Assembly: GCF_006345805.1 (NCBI RefSeq)
Contig: NC_043000.1
Coordinates: forward strand, 81,592,001-81,656,000
DNA length: 64,000 nt
Direction of reading: 5' to 3'
Source: Octopus sinensis
Lineage: Eukaryota
Position 1 is the stretch's first letter; each line of letters starts with the position of its first letter. The notes beneath the pieces are model-generated. The model ran no database searches. It was not told where the DNA came from and saw only the letters and a program-made list of their open reading frames with translations. Below, one piece after another: positions 25,838-36,330 of this stretch. Both the position numbers and the translations under genes were made by a program.

Positions 25838-26142
25838 TAAATGTGGAAGGAACATGTGGAGGAGGTAGTCCTGGGAAGTGGTGAAGACTGACCTCAAGAT
25901 GTTGAGCCTCTCAGAGGAAATGATGGGGGACTAAGCTGAATGGTGTTACTCTGTGCTTGTAACAGCAGGACTAAGGTTCTATCAAGCCTTCCCCCTCAAC
26001 TCATCTTCTATTCGCTTCTTGCTACACTGGACTGATATCCTCTGTTTCCAACTCATTCCCTATTTCTTAACATCTGTCACACTATTTTCACTCAGAGCAC
26101 TTCCTATTCTGTCTCATATTCACATTCTCATCTCCTTCTTCT

Positions 26143-26192
<50 letters not shown>

Positions 26193-26214
26193 CTCTCTCT
26201 CTCTCCCTCCCTCC

Positions 26215-26292
<78 letters not shown>

Positions 26293-26612
26293 GCCATATA
26301 TTCACTTCTTCAGCAAGAGACCTGCTCCTCTCCCTTTATTACAGTTTCTTTCTCTCATCTTTACCCTGCACAGTTGAGAGATCTTATCTTGCCTATACTT
26401 GGCGATCTCATTGGTGCTGATGCCACATAAAAAGCACCCAGTACCCTCTGTTAAATGGTTGGCATTAAGAAGATCATCCAACTGTAGAAACCCTGTCAAA
26501 GCAGACATAAAAACCTGGTGGAACCCTTTCACTTGTCTGTTCTTGTCAAACCATCTAACCCTTGCCAGCATGGAAAGAGAGGCATTAAATGATGATGATG
26601 ATAATGATGATG
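25838..26612 (+). mobile_element. Old RTE 3' fragment interrupted by a CT microsatellite
   Basis: Degenerate VEGTCGGG.P motif followed by the RTE-type 3' UTR and a GAT tail. Confidence 0.65.
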
Positions 26613-27072
26613 ATATATATATATATATAGTACAAATGGCTGAGTGGTTAGAGCATCAGGCTCACAATCATGCGGTAGTTAGTTCAATTCCCGGACCAGG
26701 CTGTGTGTTGTGTTTTTGAGCAAGATACTTTATATCATGTTGCTCCAGTTCACTCATCTGTAGAAACAAGCTGTGATGTCACTGGTGCTAAGCTGTATCA
26801 GCCTTATGAGTAGATTAAGTAGACTGAAACTCAAAGAGGCCCATTCTGTGCATGTGCGTGTTTGTGTGTGTGTGTGTGCGCATGCATGCACGTGTGTGTG
26901 TTTGGCTTGCACAACTGCTTAGCAACTGATGTTGGTTTGCTTACATCCTCTTAACTTGGCAGTTTGGCATAAGAGACCAATAAAATAAGTACCAGGTTTA
27001 AAAGAAAATAAGTACTGGACTCGATTCATTTGAATAAAACCCTTCAAGGCAGTGCCCCAGTATGGCCATAAA

Positions 27073-27110
<38 letters not shown>

Positions 27111-27840
27111 TGAGTGAGTGAGTGAAGGTAAGATCCAAGGCTCAAGGTGTAGGATGTTAGTGAACTTCAAGCAGTCTGTAGAAGGTACAAAAAATAACTT
27201 TCAGAAACAATTGTGGTTTATCAACGTAGAAGAATGTAAAGGACTATTACTACTTCTGAAATTCTGCTAGCTATGAAACATATGTAACCTGGATTTTCTT
27301 TATTCCATTCCCTAATTTTGGATGCATATATATATATGTGTGTGTGTTAGTCAAGGAGGGAAGACATGCATATAGGCATATGTATGTATATGATATCCGA
27401 AAGTGGACAATCTGAAATTTAGCCCAGGTTAGGCTGTTAACTTCACTTAAGGGCAAAACTCAGAGTAAGATGTCAGCTTTTGATACAATAAGCATATCAA
27501 TCCACTGTACCCAATGCACTGAATGTTATATCAGACAATATTTGCATTATGTAAAATACATTTCAGTGATATACTTTATGAAGGCAGGTGAGCTGGCAGC
27601 ATCATTAGCACACTGGGCAAAATGCTTAGTGGCATTTCATCCGTCTTTACATTCTTTGTTCAAATTATGCCAAGGTTGACTGCCTTTCATTCTTTCAGGG
27701 CCAATGTAAATAAGTGCCAGTTGCACACTGGGGTTGATGTAATCAATTAGTTTCTCCCACCTCCAAAATTTCAGACCTTGTGTCTAGAGTTCAAAGCAAT
27801 AATATACTTTACAACTTTTACATTATAGCATATGTATATA

Positions 27841-28010
27841 AAGGCGGCGAGCTGGCAGAAACGTTAGCATGCCGGGTGAAATGCTTAGCGGTATTTTTCT
27901 TGTCTTTATGTTCTGAGTTCAAATTGCACCGAGATTGACTTTACCTTTCTTTCTTTCAGGGTCAATAAATTAAGTAGCAGTTGCTTACTGGGGTTGATCA
28001 CTCCTTTCCA
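27841..28010 (+). mobile_element. tRNA-derived SINE family 1 (Nin/Deu-like core), representative copy
   Basis: A-box-like TGGCAGAAACGTTAG, B-box-like GAGTTCAAATT, core CTTTCATCCTTTC.GGGTCGATAAA.TAAGTACCAG (family consensus). Other copies at about 30-630 (x3,+), 2640-2850, 8340-8555, 16281-16750 (x2,+), 17695-17895(-), 27581-27800, 28100-29150 (x4-5,-), 48005-48195(-), 48455-48640(-), 56630-56835(+), 57600-58300 (-, several), 59390-59590(-) and 63790-64000(-). Confidence 0.85.
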
Positions 28011-29219
28011 GTTCAAACATGTCCTCTGCATTTAGAGCTTATACCCCACTACCATGCTGCATTGCTGTTGTACACAAGCATTGTACAATCCACACAAAGC
28101 CAGTAATTTTAGGAGAGAATTGGTTGAATAAAGCAACACCAGTATTTAACTGGTACTTTAATTTATCAACCTCAAAAAGTTGAAAGCAAAGTTGACTTCA
28201 GTGGAATTTAAACTCAGAATGGAAAGGGACTGAAAAAATACCGCTAAGTATTTTGCCCGACATGTTAACAATTCCAAAAGTTCACCATCTTAATAATAGT
28301 AACCCTTCCTACAATAGGCACAAGGCCTGAAATTTTAAGGAAGAAGACTGAACTCTGAATGTAAAGAGGCAGAAGATCACTAAACATTTTGTTTGATGTG
28401 GAACAATTCTGCCAGTTCACCTCATCATCATCATCATCAATAATAATAATAATAATAATAATATAATAATAATAAGATGGACAAAATACTGTGTGCAAAT
28501 GATTCTGCCATCCTGCCTTCACAACAACAACAACAACAGCAATAATAATAATCCTTTCTACTAAAGGCACAAGGCCTGAAATTATGTCGGGGGAAGAAGT
28601 CGATTACATCGAGCCCCATTTTTTCACTGGTACTTAATTTTATTGACCCCAAAAGGATGAAAGACAAAGTCATCCTCAGTGGATATTGAACTCAGAACAT
28701 AAAGACAGACGAAATGCTGCTAAATATTTTGCCTAGCATGCTAATGGCTCTGCCAGCTTGTCGCCTTAACAATAATAATATCCTTTCTATTATCGGCACA
28801 GGGCCTGAAATTTTGACAGAGGGGACTAGTCAATTATATTGACCCCAGAATTTCACTGGTACTTAATTTATTGACCTCAAAAGGAATTAATGGCAAAGCT
28901 GACCTCAGTGGAATTTGAACTCAGAACATAGTGACGGGTGAAATACCACTAAACATTTTGCCCAGCATGCTAACAATTCTGCGAGCTTGCCACCTTAACA
29001 ACAACAATGATAATAATAATAATCATTTCTACTTTAAGCACAAGGCCTGAAATTTTGTGGGTGGTGACAAGTCAATTACATTGACCCCCAGTGTTCCACT
29101 GGTACTTATTTTATTGACCCCGAAAGGATGAAAGGCAAAGTTGACAATAATAATGATAGTGAGCTGGCATGTCAGTAAAAGATGAAATATTCCATTTTTC
29201 TTTTCTTCCTAACTCACAG

Positions 29220-29358
29220 AAACTTCCAGGAAAGTTAAAAAAGATGTTTTCAGAGTTTGAAACCATTATGGACCCTTCTCGGAACCATCGTGTCTACAGA
29301 CTGTCCATTTCAAAGATGCGTCCGCCGATCATTCCATTCATGCCTCTAATGATGAAAG
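29220..29358 (+). CDS. RAPGEF4: Epac/RAPGEF4-like exon (CDC25-HD)
   Basis: ctcacag|AAA and AAAG|gtaagt. [46 protein letters not shown]. Confidence 0.97.
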
Positions 29359-29479
29359 GTAAGTGAGTTACTGTGTCTTATTACATCCACCTCTGCACCT
29401 GTTCATCTTTGTCTAAGAGTGATCAGTGTCATCCTCATCACCACCTTCACCTTTTTCTTTGTTTTATTTATTCAGCCCA

Positions 29480-30360
29480 AGGTCAGCTATGACCATCCCT
29501 TCATATTTGTTCAATGTATATTTTGAAAAATTGTAGTATTTGATTTGTGGGAGATTTATCAAGGCTGTGTATAGATTCTTATGTAGCACCACATGTTCTT
29601 AGTATGGAGCATTCCATGGACCTTTGTGTTACAGCAAGTCTTTGTTCTTCCTTCTTCAGAGTAATTCATGTCTCATTTGTGTAGATAAGATGATGCCATT
29701 GAAGAGATTGGCATATAAGGTCTTGTCCAGCTTTTCTCCGAGTCCCTCTTTAACTGAGACAAACACCTTCCATTCTGCTCTCTTTGCTTGAGATTTCAGC
29801 ATTCATATCTTGGCATAATTAATATCTGTTCTAAATAGTTGTATTTCTTCACCTCAACAATTTTATCACTACCCACCACTATTCAACATTTTCAGATCAT
29901 GTGTAATTTGAGGCCTGCTGCTGAACTTTGGGTGTCCAGCTTGGTCAACAAGATCTGTGGCTGATCATAGATTTCTGCAATGAGCATGATGTGATTTATG
30001 AATTAGATTTATGAATTATTAACTAACTGCTAATATTGATGCCACCTTTCCAATTAGAGTCTCTGATCACCATTTCCAGACATGCTGTGATGAACTTTGG
30101 AAAGATGGTATCTCTCTGTTTGATGCCATTCCTGGCTGGAACTCTTATGGATGATGACAGTAGACCTACATCCCAAATTCACTTCACTAAGAAGTTTGAG
30201 GTATTATGCCTCAATGCCTACATGACTCAGTCACATGGGGGTAATCAGACCACTCTACATTGGAACAATAAAATGTGTGTGACCAGAAGCTACTAAGAAT
30301 CTCGGGTACCTGAAGGCTGCCAAGGAGTAGAATAATAAACCTCCAATCCTGCAGATACTT
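29480..30360 (-). mobile_element. Degenerate RT remnant of a second RTE lineage
   Basis: Minus-strand translation gives IPARNGIKQRDTIFPKFITA (canonical G.RQGD.ISPKLF.A), then MLIAEIY...GLKLHM and KKYNYLEQ. Confidence 0.6.
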
Positions 30361-30679
30361 TGCTGCTTCAAATCAGCTGACTGATTAGAGTTCCACCAAT
30401 TCTATGCTGAAAATCCCTTACATAATAAATGTATCATCTTCAACCCATCAAAAACAGCTAACCAAGGGGCTGACTATCCTCTTAGGGCATGTCCCTTCGC
30501 ATCCTACAGACAACTAAAATTCATGACTTTAGTCCAAAAAATTCTTTAATCTCTGACTCATAGATGTGCCATCTCCTCCATCTCGCATATATATTTATTC
30601 CCTCAGTCACTCAGGGAATTTCTACACTGTCTTATTAAAGATGAACCCTCTAATTTTTATTTCTATTTATCATCCACAG

Positions 30680-30744
30680 ACATGACATTCACTCATGAAG
30701 GGAATAAAACATACTATGATGGCCTGGTGAACTTTGAGAAAATG
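30680..30744 (+). CDS. RAPGEF4: Epac/RAPGEF4-like exon (CDC25-HD)
   Basis: ccacag|AC and ATG|gtaagg. (D)MTFTHEGNKTYYDGLVNFEKM. Confidence 0.97.
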
Positions 30745-30842
30745 GTAAGGCTTAATGTTTTAACTTCTGAGATTTTATTAATATTTTTATGTTACTTTCT
30801 CAGGTAACTATGTATAGTGTGTGGGTGCATGTATATATATAT

Positions 30843-30903
30843 AGTAGTTGTATACTGTCAACTTAATGGGATTGTCACATTAAGTTGACAGTATACAACT
30901 ACT
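30843..30903. repeat. Perfect hairpin, 26-bp arms, 9-nt loop
   Basis: AGTAGTTGTATACTGTCAACTTAATG-GGATTGTCA-CATTAAGTTGACAGTATACAACTACT. Confidence 0.95.
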
Positions 30904-31310
30904 CTATCATACCACTACTGCTTATATCTCTCTGAGATATTTAGAAATGTAATATTACTAAAATCTGAACTTTGTCATATGTCTTCTTTCAGCTATATCC
31001 TTCACTCTCTAACTTAGCTCATCTCTGAGCTGTCTATGCCAAGCATCCCTTGACATACATCAACACTAGAGAACTTCTCTTTCACCAAACAACCCTAAAT
31101 ACCTTGAAGGTGTAACTGTAGAGGAGACTGAAATAGTCTCTGATCATGAGTCTGCTAGATAATAGTTGACCAGGAGCCAACCGACAGTAACAGTCTAAAG
31201 ACTACATTAGTTCCCTTTCACTAATCATAATATCTCTCTTATATTATCTTTTGTTTAAATTCATGTCATTACCATCTCAGTCTAATTAATTTGTTTTTCA
31301 TTTCCATTAG

Positions 31311-31365
31311 CATATGATTGCTCAGACATTGAGAACTGTAAGATGCTGCCGAAGTATGCCATTAA
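31311..31365 (+). CDS. RAPGEF4: Epac/RAPGEF4-like exon
   Basis: tttccattag|CAT and TTAA|gtaagt. HMIAQTLRTVRCCRSMPL, compared with Epac2 RMIANTARTVRYYRSQPF. Confidence 0.95.
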
Positions 31366-31652
31366 GTAAGTACCAAGTTTTTTTGTTTGTTTTATTTTTG
31401 TCAGATCTTTCTTAAATGCCATTATGGTTATATTTCTAATGAATTGACCGACTTTGAGTTTTAATTAATTTTGAATATAATGAAGTTTTAGAAAAAGTTT
31501 ATTACAATATCTGTAATTTTATATACGAGAAGTTGTTTATCTGGTACCATGACAACACTGATGTAGCAGACCTTCCAACCATGACTGTTCCAATGTAAAA
31601 CAAAGCTCTTTGCTCAAGAGCACAACACACCACCTGGTCTAGGGATCAAACT

Positions 31653-31689
<37 letters not shown>

Positions 31690-31700
<11 letters not shown>

Positions 31701-32390
31701 ATCAAAACAAGAAAATGGAACAACAACGTAACAAGTAACAAACAAAACATTTGGACAGTAGATGATACAAAAAAGGACAGGAAAAAAAATGACAGGACAT
31801 TCAGAGCTTTCAATCTTCAGTCGAGAAGCAGATTGTCCCTGCAGTTTGAGCCGGTTAATCTCAAGACTGCTCTAATCTGGCCGGCTCCAAGGAAATCTAA
31901 GCTAAGAGCACTAGATTCTTTGGAAGAAAGCAAGCGAATGTATATGAAAACATGGACAAAAAGTAAAAAAAAAAACAGAGATAGTACACAATTACAAATA
32001 CAAACAACAGAACATTAACAACAGGTGTCTTTCAACTAAGGACGAATTAAATTAAGCTGGCGTGTGTGAAAGTGAAAGCCTTACAGAAGAAACATAGAAG
32101 ATGAAAGTCATGGGAAGAAATATGAGGGATGCTGCATGGATGGTAGTCGAACCAAGAAAGAAAGGTCAGGCTTGGCCGAACACTGGTCACGTGGAAGGAG
32201 AGGAGAGAGTTAGTGGGTAGAGGGATTGAAGAATTAGGGAGGGACGAGAAGGGAAGAAAAAAGGGAAAGGGACAGACTGAGGTAAAGAAGGAGGGAAAGT
32301 GATGAGAATGAAGGGAGATATATGTTGTAAATTTAAGAGGAATGGGTGGAATTTCCATATTGTCATCTGTATTCTTAAGCGGCTCTTATT
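31690..32390 (-). mobile_element. Probable Penelope-like terminal-repeat remnant
   Basis: Pyrimidine-rich on the minus strand, carries CTGAAGA-TT-GAAAGCTC near its 3' end and abuts a (TA/CA)n run. Inferred only. Confidence 0.35.
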
Positions 32391-32592
32391 CTAACAGCTT
32401 CAGACTCACACTCTTATTGATAAACTTTCTCTATAAGACACTAACAACTCAGCTGCACCATCCTTTATGACTTCTTCAAATTCTACATCATTAAGTAGCT
32501 GAAGAGTAAAATTACTGTCCATATCCTGAAATCAGTGGTCATGCTTTACAAGTTTCCCAAATGCTAAATCCCATACCCAAAGGTAACTGAAA

Positions 32593-33421
32593 CATCATCA
32601 TCATTGTTTAACGTCCGTTTTCCATGCTAGCATGGGTTAGACGGTTCGACCGGGGATCTGGGAAGCTAGAAGGCTGCACCAGGCTCCGGTCTTATCTGGC
32701 AATGTTTCTACAGCTGGATGCCCTTCCTAACGCCAACCACTCCGTGAGTGTAGTGGGTGCTTTTTACGTGCCACCTGCACTGGTGCCAGGCGAGGCTGGC
32801 ATTGGTCACGGTCGGATTGGTGCATTTTATGTGCCACTAGCATGGAAGCCAGTCGAGGCGGCACTGGCTTCGGCCACGATTCGGATAGTGCTTTTTACGT
32901 ATCTCCAGTCCAGGAGTCCAGGCATCTGCCAGGTGCCAGTCATAGGATTGGTTCAATTTCGATTCTGATTTCACTTGCCTGTTGTCGGATGAGGTTCGAT
33001 ATCAACTTCGCTTGACTCAACAGGTCTTTGTGTGTCCAAGGGAGGAAAGGCACACATAAGTGGGCTGGACTCACTTGTCCTGCCTGGTCTTTTCACGCAC
33101 AGCACACTTCCAAAGGTCTCGGTTGCTGGTCATTTCCTCAGTGAGACCTAAAGTTCGAGGGTCGTGCTTCACCACCTCGTCCCAAGTTTTCCTGGGTCTA
33201 CCTCTTCCACGGGTTCCCTCCTCTGCTAGGGATTGGCACTTTTTCACACACCTATCTTCATCCATTCTCGCCACATGACCATACCAGCGCAATCATCTCT
33301 CTTGCACACCACAACTGATGCTCGTTAGGTCCAACATTTCTCTCAGGGTACTAACGCTCTGTCGAGCATGCACACTGACATTACACATCCATCGGAGCAT
33401 ACTGGCTTCATTTCTCACGAA
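32593..33421 (-). mobile_element. 5'-truncated RTE LINE copy (C-terminus + 3' UTR + GAT tail)
   Basis: Highly similar to about 20150-21010. ORF 33071-33292 encodes RWYGHVARMDEDRCVKKCQ...GRPRKTW. Confidence 0.93.
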
Positions 33422-33609
33422 ACTATTTATATATATATTTTAGATGAAATCTCCTGTGAGTTAACATCAGATTCCTTGACAACAATGTAACCTTCATTTG
33501 ACTTAGGTAACTTTGGCCCAACAAGTAGCAAGTGGATTACTTCTCATTTGAGTAATTACTACATCTGAGTATGTAACATGATTTTATCTACTCCATTCCC
33601 TAATTTTGG

Positions 33610-33643
<34 letters not shown>

Positions 33644-33721
33644 TATTAATAGTTAGGGAATGTAATAATTCTAAGCCAACAGGGAAAAAAATTCAATTTA
33701 GCACAGTAAATCAAAATTCAC

Positions 33722-33759
<38 letters not shown>

Positions 33760-33766
<7 letters not shown>

Positions 33767-34140
33767 ATTTTATAGAAGGAGCTTCTACAGGACTAGAACT
33801 GTTTCATTCAGATGAAATCTTCAGGAAGCTGGCTGTCAAAATAAGTTCTGGTATTTATGCATTTAGGCAGATTTAATGGAGTAGTGGTGGGGGACGTTTT
33901 TTGGGTAGGTTGGTATTTAGGAGATAAACAGGGCACAAGCTATTGTTCTTAGGGGAGTGGTCAAAAGGCCAGAGTTTTTTTGAAATGAGAAGAATCAGTG
34001 AGAAAATAAAAAAATGAATATATAGAATAAATGAATAGAAACAGATATATGGGATGGGAGTTTAGGTAAATTAGAAGACAATTGCTTTTTGGTGGTCAAG
34101 AAGAGGTAGGCAGTTTGTTATTGTTAGGTGGAGGGAATAA
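33760..34140 (-). mobile_element. Probable Penelope-like element terminal repeat hosting the hammerhead
   Basis: Pyrimidine-rich minus-strand segment ending in the hammerhead, then AATAAA and a (TA)n run. Assignment inferred from the known PLE-hammerhead association. No PLE ORF seen. Confidence 0.45.
33780..33830 (-). ncRNA. Type I hammerhead ribozyme motif
   Basis: Minus strand AGCUUC-CUGAAGA-UUUCAUCUGAAU-GAAA-CAG-UUCUAGUC-CUG-UA-GAAGCU. 6-bp stem I, intact core, short stem II, 4-bp stem III, GUA cleavage triplet. Confidence 0.75.
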
Positions 34141-34260
34141 ATAGATAAATATACAAGAAAAAAACATATAAAATAAATATACATACAAACAAACACACAT
34201 ACATACACATACAAAAATACATATGTATACATACATACGCACATATATATATATATACAT

Positions 34261-34315
<55 letters not shown>

Positions 34316-36056
34316 TTGTTCACCCAATTTCACTCACAAGTTGTGTGTCAGCTTATGACATTTACCCAAGATGCCACACAGTGTCAATGAACCTGGAACC
34401 TCGTAGACTTCCTTACAATTCAAGCATACTGTGCATGTGTCTATGTGTGCAGGCGTGCATGTATGCATGTGTGTGTGTGTGTGTGTGTATACATACAGGC
34501 ATGGCTGCATGGTAAGAAGTTTGCTTCCCAGTCTCATGGATCTGGGTTAAGTTCCACTACACTTTTTAATATAGTCCCTCGCAGGTGGATTTGTTAGACA
34601 GAAACTGAAAGCCCGGTTTGTGTGTATTACTATTGCATGAAAATGAATGTCCTCGTCATGCATGCAGTGTCCTTTCTTTCCAACCTTTCTTGCAAAACAT
34701 GACAAAATGTTACCTTGCTTGGAAACAGGTGTGGATTGGCGACAGGATATGTAGAAAAACTGCCCCAACATTTCCATCTGATTCATGGTTCTGGAAATAT
34801 TGGACATGAAGACCATGATGATGATAATGATATAAGTGCATGCGCACAGATAATTTCATACAGTTGTACAATGCGCTCAACGTACATGGAGGTGTATTCA
34901 ACAGACATTGTTATATTTCACATAAGATGAGAGTGACACAGCTTAAAAGATTGCATTCGGGGTTTTTAACGCATTTAAGAAATTTAGTGGGAAACGCAAC
35001 AGTTGATTATACTGAATCCAGTATTTGACTGGTTCTGTATTTTACCGACCTCATAAACTATACTGCAAGGCAATATTTGAAATATATTCATTCAGCCACC
35101 TAGAGTTATGTCCTCTTCATCATTTTTAAGTATGTTGACATAATTACGTCCCTTTTGTGGGGGGGGGGTTAATTAACAGAATTGCTCCCCTTGGAATTTT
35201 GTCCTTTCATGAGTCATGTCCCTTGCATTAAAATCTTTATTCCTACTTGCTCACTTTCTTATGCTGATCGTTACTAATTTCTATGAACTCTGTTCTTGTG
35301 CTGAACTTCATTAAAAATATTAATTCACAGCTTTACACTGCAATTCTCATTTTTTGGAATAAACGCTATTAATCTCTCATCACGAGGCACAAACTTGTAT
35401 TACACTCTTCTTAGAGTTACGTCCTTTAGTTGTTATTAGCTAACATTAAGCAATTGAATGAAAAAAATTCCAGTTTTAATTTTTGCGGCAAGAAGAAAAT
35501 ATAATTTTCTTGTCTCACACGATATTTGACTGAAAATTTATCTTTCTCTGACGCTTTATTCAACTCCCTATACTTTTTTGTTTTTTTATAAGTTTTATTA
35601 TCGAACAATACGAAAATATTCAACGATTTGTAATCTTGACTTAATATTTTACGCATTTTTTTTAAAAAAATGTGTGATTAAGTGATGTAACAAACAAACA
35701 AAAAGAAAAGAAAATCATATGTAACTTTAATTAATTATCAAAGATACAAGGACGGTTTTCACCATTCCATATCATTGTTAGTAGAATAGTTTGTGATATT
35801 TGTTCCAACCCTTCATATTCCGAGTTCAAATTGTGCAAAGGTCAACTTTGTCCTTCATCCTCTCTGGGTTAATGAAATAAATCATCATTCAAGAGGGGTT
35901 GATTAAATTGACTAACCTGCGAAATTTGTTAGAAACAGTTGTTGTTATTATTTTTGCAAGGAGAAATTATGGTGAGTAAATTATTTGGTGAGTAATTGAA
36001 GGTGTTAAATATATTTATTTCAAACTAACAATGATTTATTCCTTTTGACCTTTTAG

Positions 36057-36114
36057 ATCTGGATATACCAAGCAGTTCTGTGAAACCACCTTTTGAAGTT
36101 AAGACTTACGTAAG
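36057..36114 (+). CDS. RAPGEF4: Epac/RAPGEF4-like penultimate coding exon
   Basis: ccttttag|AT and GTAAG|gtcagt. (N)LDIPSSSVKPPFEVKTYV. Phases match both neighbouring exons. Confidence 0.9.
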
Positions 36115-36330
36115 GTCAGTGAAAAAAGTTAATTCTTTTTATGCATCTTTCCTTTCTCTGTAAATTATTTTATTGTTTGCTTTAGTGAAGAGGCTTCATC
36201 TTTGTCAAAATAGTTTGAGTAATGGTTGGTCATAATTGTCATAGGGGATTGAGGCCACCATTCATGCAACTGTTCAGTACAGAGAGCATAGCACTATGTA
36301 ACGATTTTTTTGTTTCCTTTTTTTTTTTTT

